This document shows positions 51,295 to 63,725 of a DNA stretch of 64,000 nucleotides, in pieces. Both the position numbers and the translations under genes were made by a program. The DNA lies in contig OZ024765.1 in the NCBI GenBank assembly GCA_964016885.1, positions 3,658,001-3,722,000 on the forward strand, given 5' to 3'. The notes beneath the pieces were generated by a model that made no database searches, was not told the DNA's origin, and saw nothing but the letters and a program-made list of their open reading frames with translations. The stretch is from Eledone cirrhosa (taxonomy: Eukaryota). The number at the start of each line of letters is the position of its first letter. The stretch's first letter is position 1.

Positions 51295-51690
51295 ATCGCC
51301 GAGCTACAAATATGTCCAGTGATTCTTTCATGAGACATTCTAACCACATGTCCATAGTATCAGAGCTGTGATCTCTCAATTCAGAGAAGTAGTGGCTCTA
51401 CCTGGAGTGACTCTCTCATCTCTGAGCTACAAATATGTCCAGTGATTCTTTCCTGAGACATTCTAACCACATGTCCATAGTATCAGAGCTGTGATCTCTC
51501 AATTCAGAGAAGTAGCAGCTCTACCTGGAGTGACTCTCTGATCGCTGAGCTACAAATCTGTCCAGCAATTCTTTCCTGTGACATTCTAACCACATGTCCA
51601 TAGTATCAGAGCTGTGATATCTCAATTCAGAGAAGTAGTGGCTCTACCTGGAGTGACTCTCTGACCTCTGAGCTACACACTCTATCCAGT
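51295..51690. repeat. About 120-bp unit x3, derived from an RTE-like fragment
   Basis: Unit matches the single copy at about 48400-48535 (cattctaaccacatgtccatagtatc...tctcaattcagaga). Confidence 0.8.
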
Positions 51691-52109
51691 AACGTTACTC
51701 CATGACCCTTCGGAGGAACCCCATTTCAGCTGCTTGTATTCGCGATAGTATATTCTTGGGTTGTTGTTGTTGTTCCTTCTATATTTCTCTCTCTTTTTCT
51801 AGATTCTTTTCCTTGCCAGTTAGTGTTGTTGTTTTCCTTTTATATTCTCTCTTTTCCTAGAACATTTTTGCTGGCCAGTGTGTGTTTTTGTTGTGATCAT
51901 TCTATATTTTGTCTTTTTTTCTGGATTTTTTTCCTGGCCAGTTTATCTTTTTAGATATTCTCTCTTTTTCCTAGATTTTTTCTTGGCTGGTTTGTGTTAT
52001 GTAATTCTTCTATATTCATTTGTTTTTTTTTTCTAGAATTTTTCCTGGACAGTTTGTTGTTGCTGTTTGTGGTATTTTTATATATATTTTTTCTCTCTTT
52101 TTTTTTTAG

Positions 52110-52245
52110 ATTTTTCCTGGCCAGTTTTTATACGAAATACGACACTTACCACTTTCTCGTCAATGCATTTGTTCTCGCACTGAACCTTATTCCGAAATTA
52201 CCTCAGTTTCACGGCGTTCGCCTGTTTGGTATCAACAAATACTGA
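52110..52245 (+). CDS. ORMDL: ORMDL coding exon 3 (last)
   Basis: ttttag|(L)[11 protein letters not shown]...[21 protein letters not shown]. Total 462 nt = 153 aa, the canonical ORMDL length. Confidence 0.95.
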
Positions 52246-53663
52246 AGAGGAAGAGGAGGAGGAGGAGGAAGGGAAAGAGGAGTGTGGGGCGGGTGGGTGG
52301 GGGAGAGAGAGAGAGAATGAAAAGACAGAGGAAAGGAAAAGAAAAAAGGTGTGTGTTTGTATGTGCATGCGTGTCCCCTCCACCCCCTCCTGGGGTTGGG
52401 AGTATGGCGGGGCCAAAACCGACTTCCTCCTGGGCGGGTAGGGGTGGGGTGGGGGGGTTGGTATTTGACAATGTTTGAAGCGTCGCTCTCTCTCTCGCTC
52501 TCCCCTTCCTCCTCCTGCGTCCCTCAAACAACTCCCACCACCACCACTACACACCTTCCCTCCATCCCCAAACCCTAACTACCATCGTCACCCCTCCACT
52601 CCCTCCTTTCACCATCACCACCACCACAACCCTTCCCCCCCCTCAGCCTCAGATACCTGGCAAGTAAAGGAGGGGAAGGTGGTGGTGGTGAGGGAGAGGG
52701 TGAGGTAAAGACTGAGATAGATGATGTTTTTTTTGGGGGGTGGGGACGAGAGTAAAAAGTTTGTTTCCTTTAATTTTTTTTTAAATTTTAAATCACTGAC
52801 CCCTCCACCCTCACTCCCCCCACCTCTCCCATTCCCCCCCCATCACATCAGCAGGTTGTAATAAAGAACACTCTCTCTCTCTCTTTTTCTCACTCTCTCT
52901 CTGCACTTCTACTGTCTCATTCTCCACCACCACCACTACTACTACATCTACTACTACTACTACTACTACTACTGCTGCTGCTTCTATTGCTGCTGCTACT
53001 ACTACTACTACCATCACTACTACTAGCCCTCCTCCACTATCTAACACCCCCCACCCCAACTACCCCACACCACCACCACCACCATCACTCTGTGCCAGCT
53101 GATCCCTGGGGATGTGTGGGGTAGGAATAGGTCTGGATGTGGGTTGGGTTGACTGCAGGACTGGTGGTGGTGGTGGTGGTGGTGGGAAGAAATAGAGAGT
53201 GAGTGCCCCACATCCAACACCACCACCACCATCACACAACTACCCCTCCCCCATCCTCTATCTAAACATGTCTCTCCTCGATCCCCCCCCCCCCCCACCT
53301 ATCTCACAAGAAAAAGAGAGAGATAGAGAGAGTGAAAAGGAATGAAGGAGTGTGGTGGTGGTGGGAAGGAAAAGAGAGAGTGAGTGAGTGAGAGAAAGAA
53401 AAGGAATGAGGAATCTAAACGTAGGGTAGTGAGTGGGTCAATTTTGTATGGGGGGACTCAGGGTGTGACAAAATTAGGGAGTTGGGGGTTAAAGATGAGG
53501 GAGATATACATAAATATATAAAGTTTGAAGAAGTGTTTTTTTTTTTTTTTTTTGTCTTCTTACTACTTCAGTTGTTAACTAATATATGTATATATGAATT
53601 TTCACCACATATTATATATATATACACACACACATATATATATATATACATATATATATACAC

Positions 53664-53752
<89 letters not shown>

Positions 53753-53902
53753 TGTATGTGTATATATATATATATATGTGTGTGTGTATATATATATATA
53801 TATATGTGTGTGTGTATATATATATATATAAATGTGTATATATATCTGTATATATATATATGTGTATATATATATATATATATGTGTATATATATCTATA
53901 TA

Positions 53903-53934
<32 letters not shown>

Positions 53935-54151
53935 CATTTAATATATACATACATTTAATATCTTATATACTGTAAAATAACCTACATACAATACATATAT
54001 GTGTATGTATATATATATGTGTGTGTATATATATGTATAAATGTATATATATATATGTGTATATATATATACACAGCAAAATATAATAAAAAATATTTCA
54101 AAAAGATTGTGTGTTTGTCTTCTTAATATCTTGAACTCTTTCTTTGTTTAT

Positions 54152-54714
54152 TTAACCCTTTAGCATTTACATTACTCTATATATACTATTATATTTTCAT
54201 GGTAAAGGCTTTACCTCACATAACATTTTACACTACTCTATATATACTATTATATTTTCATGGTAAAGGCTTTACCTCACATAACATTTTACACTACTCT
54301 ATATATACTATTATATTTTCATGGTAAAGGCTTTACCTCACATAACATTTTACACTACTCTTTCTATACTATTATATTTTCATGGTAAAGGCTTTACCTC
54401 ACATAACATTTTACACTACTCTATATATACTATTATATTTTCATGGTAAAGGCTTTACCTCACATAACATTTTACACTACTCTATATATACTATTATATT
54501 TTCATGGTAAAGGCTTTACCTCACATAACATTTTCATGGTAAAGGCTTTATCTTACATAATATCTCACATAATATTGAAAATGAGATTTTGATATCATTT
54601 ATTTTGAGAACAATACCTTAACATAAGTATGAGTGGCCAGTCACAGCCAGTTTGAACAGAAAGAGGTGAGAGAATTCTGGCCAGAAACTGCTAATTTAAA
54701 TGCTTAAGGGTTAA
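54152..54714 (+). mobile_element. piggyBac-type MITE with internal 61-bp array
   Basis: TTAA-CCCTTTAGCATTTA...TAAATGCTTAAGGG-TTAA; about 6 internal units. Confidence 0.85.
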
Positions 54715-54849
54715 AGACAATTATTTGTGTCTAGATTTCAGCTTATGATAATATATAGGGGATGGCAGGTTATTCTTGTTTAGTTTCCCACAGCTCCCCC
54801 CCCCCCCCCCAAAAAAAAAATTACCATCAAGTTACAGCTTTTTGATATT

Positions 54850-56380
54850 CTCAGAGTGCTGCCAGGAAAACAGCCCCTTATGTTGTCATTGCAGGTGGTT
54901 TCAATTACTTTTAGATTGATTGAGAAACCTTTCGTTGGCCGCAAAGTAGAAATGATTCCCTTGAGTTAGTGCTGGATTCGAACCGGTCCCAAGTAGTCAC
55001 CTCCCCAACAAGAGGTGACAATGCTTTGGATCAGCTCTTTACCAATACTCCTGAAACAGTTATTAGTGTCACTATTGAACCTTTAGGTGACTATGATCAT
55101 TGCCAATCTGTATCTTATGGGCTGTAACAAAAACTACAACCGTCTCCAAACCGCTTGCTTTGATTGGAATAAAGCAGACTAGAATTCTTACTGCACTGAG
55201 CTACAACGCCCAAACTGGCTTGAATTTTACAACTCTGGATATGTGAATACTATACTTCTGAACATCTTGAATTCAGCATGGACAGCATGTACAGCATCAG
55301 TACCACGTAAGCACAAAACTCATCCCCAAAGTGAAATTTGGGAGATTCCAGCAGCCTGACTTGCCAGGAAAGATTGTTGTAATGCTGAACAGGAATACAG
55401 ACCACATAGATCAGAGGTTAATAGAAAAAAAGCCCAATAGATCACCTAACCATCTGAAGCAGGTGGCAAGAAAGGCAGTGCTTGAATTTGAACAGCGTAT
55501 AGCACCCAACCCTGACAGTAAAGTGTTCTGGAAATATGTACGTTCAAAGCAGAGACCTCACTCTCCAGTTGTCCTCTTCATAATCCCCACACAAGTCATA
55601 TTGCTGAATGCTATGCAGACATTTACACTGTTGAAAACCAAAATTTATCATCTCCACCACCTCTGACATCAAATTCTATAACAACTATGGAATTTACACC
55701 AGCAATGTTGCAACACCACCTTAAGAGTAAGCACAACTCTTTCTCTCCTGATCTTGATGGTGTTACGTACCTGCTTCTCAAACATGGTGGGTATTTCCTT
55801 CTGCAGCAGTTTTCACTCTTAACAATGCTATTACCCCAGAGCAGTGGAAAACTGCCAGTGTCATTCCTCTGTTTAACCCTTTAGTGTTCAAACCGGCCAG
55901 AATTCTCTACCTCTTTTTATTGAAACTGGTTGTAACTGGTCGCTCAACCTGATGTTAAGGTATTGTTCTGAAAATAAATACTTTCAAAATCTCATAGATT
56001 CAATATTATGTGAGGTAAAGCCTTTACCATGAAAATATAATAGTATATATAGAGTAATGTAAATGCTAAAGGGTTAAAAACGGTGATCGCATGTTGCCTA
56101 TCAACTATCGTCCGGTTAGTCTTACTAGCTGCATCACCAAACTGATGGAATCGTGTGTCAGAGAAACACTCTGGAACTTCAGGAGTTTTCACAGCCTTAT
56201 CCGGCCCTTGCAATTTGTATTTATCCCAAACTCCAGCTCCTGTGATCAACTTATCAAGTTTCTTGAAGACATCACCCAGATCACTGATGGTGGCACATGG
56301 ATGGTTGTTATTTATCTTGATTTTGCTAAAGATGTTAATTCTGTGCCACACAAAAGACTTATGGCAAAACACTCTGCAAT
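54850..56380 (+). mobile_element. Decayed CR1-like LINE (endonuclease to RT region)
   Basis: Fragments IAGGFN, PTRGDNALDQLFTN, KVFWKYVRSK, NYRPVSLTSCITKLME, VIYLDFAKDVNSVPHKRL with many stops and frameshifts. Confidence 0.8.
55873..56077 (-). mobile_element. Minimal piggyBac-type MITE inserted in the CR1 RT
   Basis: TTAA on both sides; removing it restores ATT CCT CTG TTT AAA AAC GGT GAT (IPLFKNGD...NYRPVSLTS). Confidence 0.9.
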
Positions 56381-57439
56381 GGTCGAATGGTTTTACTGGT
56401 ATTTTATTTTATCAATCTCCGTAAGGATGAAAGGCAAAGCTAATCTCAGTGGGATTTATACTTGAAATGTTAAAGGGCCATAACTATATCCTGTAAAGCA
56501 GTAATCTCCAACCTTTTTTATACCATGAGCCGGCTTCATGTCAAACTATTTTTCTGCATTACTGGTACTTTATTTTATCCCCCCCCCCTCCCGTAAGGAT
56601 GAAAGGCAAAGTCAACCTCAGCGGGATTTGAACTCAGATCGTTGCAAAGTAATAATTGTTTCTACTTTAGGCACAAAGCCAGCAATTACCCAGTGCATTA
56701 CTGGTACTTTATTTCAAAGTAATAATGAATAGTATCTTGTTCAAGGACAGTATGCGTGGACACGGGAATCGAACTTAGGACTTCAACGCTCGCGAGTGGA
56801 ACGCTCTAACTATTGAGCTACGCGCGCCATTACACCGTTTTTTCCAAGGGAGGTAATTGTGTTGTTGACTCCAACAGTTGTTTCTGTTTACAAATATTTC
56901 TACAAGGACGGACCAGGCATCCTCAGGTCAGCCGAGCTTTTCAGGTTTGTATTCCTTCTTATTTTTAATATATTTTCCTCTTCCAGTCATCCTTCACCTT
57001 TCTATTTACATATTATATAGCCTATCATATTATATTTATTATCAAAATGTCGAAAACGACTTGTTAATATACGAATGTCGGTTGGAAAGTACATACGCTG
57101 ACCTGACCAAGATACTCTCATGGAATGACAAATAGAGGTTTATTTTTCAACATAGTTCATGGAAAGAAACAAGAAATGTTGACATTAATGCATGCAACAT
57201 TTCACAGCTCTAGCATCTCTCCTTCATAGTCAGCTTGTGAACTTTTCACTCGAGTCTCGTAAAATATCGATATTATAGTCGGACGCCCTTGCCATTCTGA
57301 GTTCGAATCCCGCCGAGGTTAACTTTACCTTTCATCCTTACGGGGTCGATAAAATAAAGTACCAGTAATACACTGGGTAATTGCTGGCCTTGTGCCAAAA
57401 AGTAGTAGAAACAATTATATAATATAATATATATATATA

Positions 57440-57482
<43 letters not shown>

Positions 57483-57755
57483 CTTGCTGATGAGGGTGAT
57501 ATATTATATTATGTTTATGGTTGCTATTGTAATGGCATCGATATATATATATGAATGTGCCAGAGTATCTATCTATCTTGTCCATCTGCCAGTCTATCTG
57601 TCTATCTACATATCTCTCTATCTAGGGAAGACAGGAACACCTACAAAACGTGTTCCTGGTGTTGAGGGTTGTTCTATCCACGGGGTGTAAAACAACCCCG
57701 CAGTAACGTTCCCCCCTATTGGGGATTTCAATTGTTATTTTATTATATATATAAT

Positions 57756-58095
57756 GAAGGCACATGGTTTAGTGGTTAGAGCATTGGCCTTGCAATCGAA
57801 AGGTTGTGAGTTCAATTCTCAGACCGGGTGATGTGTTGTTTCCTTGAGCAAGACACTTTATTTCACATTGCTCCAGTTTTCTCAGGTGTAGAAATGAGAT
57901 GATAGGGACTGGGGTCCCTATCATTCCACTGCAAAGTGGTCGTGGAGGTGCCACGGCAAAAAAGCACCCAGCACTCACTGTAAATGAGGTTGGTGTTAGG
58001 AAGGGCATCCAGCTGTAGAAATCAAGCCAGAATCAGTTCCTGTCCCACCCTTGCATGCAGGGAAAAGTGGACGTAAAATGAAATGAATGAATGAA
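57756..58095 (+). mobile_element. Full-length SINE family A
   Basis: Near-identical to 45447-45795. Confidence 0.85.
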
Positions 58096-58829
58096 GTTTA
58101 TTGTTATTTATTACTGTTAAAGTTATTTTTATGTAAAACCCCCGCTGTCACGTCTCGTAATGTCCCATTTTTGTACGCCCCTGTGGCAAATAAAGAAAGA
58201 TATCTATCCATCTGTCTGTCTATCTATCTATCTGAGAATGGCCCGAGTGAATGGGCCTTCTCTCTATATCAGCCTGTAGGTTGAGGAAAAAGAGGAGGAG
58301 AGGAAAGGGGTACAAACTCTTCGTACTCCTGGAGTTGAGGGTTGCACATTTTTTCGGGGGTATGTGTTACCCATATGTAATGTCTCCCCCTATTGGGGAA
58401 AATCGATTAACTTTTAAATTGCATTTGTGATAATATTTTACACGTTTTTATTGTATGTAAACTTCCCCCTTTGTATTTGTCCCCTTCTTTTGTGCCCCTG
58501 TGGCTAATAAAGAAACATATCTATCTATCAACAACCGTCACATTTACTTCTAGTGCCCTTCCTGCTCCTAACACTAGGATTTAAGTGTTTAGTCCTATGA
58601 GATACTGTCACCCATCTGCCTGTCACCCACCTCTTGGATTGTCTCTACGTTGACCACTGGCCGTTGGTCTCTCCTCTCAGGCATTTTTACCCATCGCTGT
58701 CTTTGACAGCATTTAGCTGTTTTAACGTCTGTTCTAGCGATAAGTTTTCTCATTTTTATATGTAATAAAATGATTATATACTAAAAAGCTTGTAGTATAA
58801 AAGTTTAGAAGGAAACTAGACACGATGGT

Positions 58830-59785
58830 GATGATGATATTGTATCATATTATCAAAATGATGAAAAAGACTTACAAAAATGATTGTGTACAAGCCTCAG
58901 GTGCACTGCATCCCATCAAAGGTGCATGTATAGTACATAGAATAATGTACAAATGTCAGGAAAGTGAACAGTGTGTGAGTCATGATATACACACTGATAA
59001 ATGTGAGCGTGAGTATGGAAAGGGGGAGGGGTATCAGGTGTAGTGTTGGTGAATCTCAGGAAGCATGGAGGTTTTAAAGGATGCAGTGTCTTGACAGCTA
59101 ATAACTGATGCAGGTAGTTTGTTCCATGGAGGTTTTAAAGGATGCAGTGTCTCGACAGCTAACAACTGATGCAGGTAGTTTGTTCCATGGAGGTTTTAAA
59201 GGATACAGTGTCTCGACAGCTAACAACTGATGCAGGTAGTTTGTTCCCTGGAGGTTTTAAAGGATGCAGTGTCTTGACAGCTAACAACTGATGCAGGTAG
59301 TTTGTTCCCTGGAGGTTTTAAAGGATGCAGTGTCTCGACAGCTAACAACTGATGCAGGTAGTTTGTTCCATGGAGGTTTTAAAGGATGCAGTATCTCGAC
59401 AGCTAACAACTGATGCAGGTAGTTTGTTCCATGCTTCAGCAATTCTGAGCATGAGAAAATGTTTGCAAAGTCATGGGAGCTGTGCTGTTTTCTGACTTTG
59501 TTGGCATGTCCACATGTGTTAGATACATGGAAATCAAAAAGGTGCTCAGGGTTGTTGTTGGAAAGATGGTTAATAATCTTGTGGGTGTCTACCAAGTCAG
59601 TTGCCAGACGTCAGAGCTTCAATGTATCCATGCCCAGGGAGGCGAGGTGTTTAGAGTATGGTAGATGCCTGATGGAGGGTATTTGTTTGGTTGCAAATCA
59701 CTGAACAATTTCCAGGCGATCAATATTCTAAGCAAGATAGGGGTTCCAGACTGTGGATGCAAATTCTAAGTAGTATCTCATAGCA
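58830..59785 (-). mobile_element. CR1-like LINE 3' end with internal 61-bp tandem array
   Basis: Same family as 42765-43325; the WNKLPASVVSCRDTASFK segment is repeated about 6 times at 59060-59430. Confidence 0.85.
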
Positions 59786-60080
59786 GGTTTCCCAAATGTT
59801 TTAATGATGGGGATCCCAGCCATATGTAGTTGTTACAGCTGACACCTATGTAGGTTTAGCTGCCCTCCTACAAGCTTGTATCATATAGGAGGTTTCTTGT
59901 GTGTTTTGATAGTGGGGACCCAATCATATCATGTTGTTGTTACAGCTCATACCCATGTAGGTTCTGCTAGCCTCATAAAGGTTGTATCTTATAGCAGGTT
60001 TTCCAGCTGTTTTAATGATAGGGACCCCAGTTCTATCATGTAGTTGTTACAGTTCACACCTTAAATATTCACATTAAATA

Positions 60081-60309
60081 TTCACCCTTTAGCATTTACA
60101 TTACTCTATATATACTATTGTATTTTCGCAGTAAAGGCTTTATCTTATATAACTATCTCACATAATATTGAATCTATGAGATTTTGATATTATTTATTTT
60201 CAGAACAATACTTTAACATCAGTATGAGTGGTTAGTTAGGGCTGGTTTGAACAGAAAGAGGTGAGAGAATTCTGGCCGGTTACAGCCGGTTTGAATGCTA
60301 AAGGGTTAA
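60081..60309 (+). mobile_element. piggyBac-type MITE
   Basis: ttca-CCCTTTAGCATTTA...GAATGCTAAAGGG-TTAA. Confidence 0.8.
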
Positions 60310-60578
60310 AGTCTTTACTCTAATATTACAAAACAACACTATGACTACATCACATTAAATATTAAAGTCTTTACTGAAATACTGTAAATTTTCACAACAG
60401 TCTGTCTACTAGTAAAGATACTATAAACATTTAGTACAAAACAACACTATGACTACATCACATTAAATATTAAAGTCTTTACTGTAATACTGTATATTTA
60501 TGCAACAATATGTCCACCAGTAAAGATACTATAAATTTTTTAATTACGAAACCTGTTTTTAGATATTTTCTTCTAAAT

Positions 60579-60657
60579 CAGTCATGGCAGTGCAGCCCGT
60601 CTTATGGTGAGCCACATTCTATGCGGCCCACTGCATGAAAATGGTTGCCTATGCCTG
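60579..60657. mobile_element. Short hAT-type MITE
   Basis: CAGTCATGGCA...TGCCTATGCCTG flanked by a perfect 8-bp duplication ttctaaat. Confidence 0.7.
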
Positions 60658-61220
60658 TTCTAAATTATTGCCAGATGTTAAGAGTTAATACTGCATATTT
60701 CCACAGCAATCTGTCCACTAGTAAATAGACTATAAACATTTGAATTAACAAACTTATTTTTAAATAATTTATTTTGAATCTTTACAAGATGGTAATCTTT
60801 CTTCTTTCTAAAAATTTCAGATTTTAAGTTGAAATGTTTAAAGATTAAAAGAAGAAACAGGATCCACAGTGAAGAATGTTTCTTTCAAAAACACAAGTCT
60901 CTTACAGTGGCATCGCTTTTAATTTAAGAATTATATCGTAGAAATGTTTCCTTTATTCTCTGAAACTTAATAACCAATTTCTATCTTTTTGGCAACATTC
61001 TCCAGAATCTGACTCAGCTATTTACTCAGTCACTGACTGGTTCTGGTCTCTTATATCATTGAAAATAGTTAAACAATCACCAGATCTTCTCCTGGTTCCG
61101 ACATAATTTATAATAACAACAGCAACAACATTGCACAAAATTTGTGATAGAATCAACCTCAGCTATTTAATCAATCGGTGATTTGTTTTGGTCCTTTATA
61201 CACACATACACACACACACG

Positions 61221-61267
<47 letters not shown>

Positions 61268-61320
61268 CATATATATATCAATCAATATATATACATATAT
61301 CAGTTAAATAGAATTAAATC

Positions 61321-62199
61321 ATGCTGACTTCCAGTACAAGTCATGCTTGGAAATTTATGTTTCCTCTCTTATCAAACTGCAGGCAGCATCATTCTTTGAT
61401 ACCACCTACAATGTTGTTTAGCATTGGTAAGTCTTCCATAATTGACCGATGTCTTGTCAGGATTAAACCAGTGTTTTGTCCACTCTCTACAATCTCTACG
61501 GGAAATTTACGAAAACGTTCTACCTTTGTTTCTTCCAACTGCAGCCTGTTTAAATCTCCGTCCGGATTGCTCTCTTGGCATCTCTCTCCTCTGAAATCTC
61601 CTGCTGTGTTTTCCAATTCTTTGGACTGCCGTCATTCGTGGACTGATTCTAAAAAAATTACTGAAAAATTTAAATCAACAGCTTCCGTGGCATCATCAAC
61701 TTTAAAAGATCTAAAACAGGCTCCTTTACCTGCTTTAGTCTTGGGTGTGTCAGGACTTATTCCTTTTGTGACATTTCCTCTTCTCATGATTAAGTCCTCT
61801 TTTTATATTCCTGACATGGCCATTGCTCAGGTATCATATGCCGCCCTGATTCTCTCATTTCTTGGAGGAGTAAGGTGGGGCTGTGCTGTCTCAGATGATG
61901 ATACAATACAACCAGACTGGAAAAATTTATGCCAGTCTGTGGTGCCTTCACTCTTTGCCTGGTTTGCAGTGCTGCGCCCTTGTCCAGCCTCAACAATACT
62001 GCTGGCTGGTGGTATTGCTACTCTTGGCTACTACGACATGACCTACCCAGCGTACTTGCCTTGGTTTAGAGCACTGCGACTGTTACTCAGTAGTGTTGCC
62101 GTGCTTGCTCTGTCTCTAAACCTGCTCTTCTATCTCATATTAAACAGCATCGATGAAAATGTTGCAAAGAAGAAAAAACCCCCACCAAAACCACAATAA
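61321..62199 (+). CDS. TMEM69: Transmembrane protein 69-like (DUF3429), single coding exon
   Basis: 292-aa complex ORF with LKQAPLPALVLGVSGLIPF, YAALILSFLGGVRWG, SVVPSLFAW and YLPWFRALRLLLS motifs typical of TMEM69. Ser/Arg/Lys-rich N-terminus; true start could be a downstream ATG; AATAAA near 62410. Confidence 0.85.
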   Translation: MLTSSTSHAWKFMFPLLSNCRQHHSLIPPTMLFSIGKSSIIDRCLVRIKPVFCPLSTISTGNLRKRSTFVSSNCSLFKSPSGLLSWHLSPLKSPAVFSNSLDCRHSWTDSKKITEKFKSTASVASSTLKDLKQAPLPALVLGVSGLIPFVTFPLLMIKSSFYIPDMAIAQVSYAALILSFLGGVRWGCAVSDDDTIQPDWKNLCQSVVPSLFAWFAVLRPCPASTILLAGGIATLGYYDMTYPAYLPWFRALRLLLSSVAVLALSLNLLFYLILNSIDENVAKKKKPPPKPQ

Positions 62200-62674
62200 T
62201 ACCACAATGTTTTCAGAGTTGGGTTAAGGGGTCTTGCATTTAGGTGGTGGTGGTGTCACCCACCCCATTTTGGAATTGTATTTTGAATTAAATTTTATGT
62301 TGACTAGGATTTTGTTGTGGGCCAAGATAATTAAATCACTGATACCACCTTGTATTGAGTTCATTTTGTTTTATGTTCACAAAATTTAGTGAATTAGGAA
62401 GCATTGGAAAATAAAAAAAATTGTACAGGTAACTATAATAATTGTTTCTACTTTTGGTACAAGGCCAGCAATTACCCCCAGTGCATTACTGGTACTTTAT
62501 TTTATTGATCCTGTAAAGGTGAAAGGCAAAGTTAACCTCGGCGGGATTTGAACTCAGACAGTAAAGAGCCATAACTCTATGCTGCAAATAATGGTGTCTG
62601 ACCCTCTACCGAGACTGTCAATCCACTGAGGTAACTATCATAATAGTTGATAATTAAAGCTTTTGCTCCGACAT

Positions 62675-63035
62675 AGCACAAAAAGGACCCAATCCACACT
62701 TTAAATTGGTTGTGTAGGTGTCATGACAAAAAGGACCCAGTCCACACTAAAATGGTTGTGCAGGTATCATGACAAAAAGGACCCAGTCCACACTAAAGTG
62801 GTTGTGTAGGTGTCATGACAAAAAGTACCCAGTCCACACTGTGAAGTGGTTGTGTTGGTGACATAATAAAAAGCACCCAGTCCACTCTGTACAGTGGTTG
62901 TGTTGATGACATGATACAAGGTACCCACTCCACACTGTACAGTGGTTGTGTTGGTGACATGATAAAAAGTACCCAGTTCACACTGTAAAGTGGTCATGTT
63001 GGTGACATGACAAAAAGCACCCAGACCACACTATG
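62675..63035. repeat. 48-bp SINE-derived minisatellite, diverged
   Basis: Same family as 44165-45272, opposite orientation. Confidence 0.85.
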
Positions 63036-63389
63036 AAGTGTAAAATTAAATTATGTAGTTTGGCGGTGTCATTGATAATTTCCCCCTCACACGAATGACA
63101 TTTGTGGCATAGGTAAATAGTCTCTGATGTATCTTTGGGCAATCAGACGCAATTTCAATTATCTAGTAGTAGAACCCATCATCATCTTATGGTGTCCACA
63201 AGAGTGTCAGTTACAAAGCTTGGCTAGATGTGGTTCTGCCACAGCTGAACACATTGCTGTCCTTTCTCAGGGGGCATATCAGGAGGTGTTGTGTAGTCTG
63301 TGGTTTGATGCAGCAGTCACATACAACGTCCCCATTCTTTAAATATCTCCATTTTGCCAGATTGGCTTTTGCATGACCAACACCAACAT

Positions 63390-63725
63390 GGAGGCACATG
63401 GCTTAGTGGTTAGAGCATTGGCCTTGCAATCGAAAGGTTGTGAGTTCAATTCTCAGACCGGGTGATGTGTTGTTTCCTTGAGCAAGACACTTTATTTCAC
63501 ATTGCTCCAGTTTACTCAGCTGTAGAAATGAGATGATAGGGACTGGGGTCCCTATCATTCCACTGCAAAGTGGTCGTGGAGGTGCCACAGCAAAAAAAAG
63601 CACCCAGCACTCACTGTAAATGAGGTTGGTGTTAGGAAGGGCATCCAGCTGTAGAAATCCAGCCAGTATCAGTTCCCGTCCCACCCTTGCAAGCAGGGAA
63701 AAGTGGACGTAAAATGATGATGATG
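63390..63725 (+). mobile_element. Full-length SINE family A
   Basis: Near-identical to 45447-45795. Confidence 0.85.

Noticed and set aside
56754-56829. tRNA-like sequence on the minus strand (A and B boxes, possible CGC anticodon)
   Set aside because: Acceptor, anticodon and T stems do not pair, and it continues into a SINE-type body (tccttgaacaaga), so it is a SINE head.
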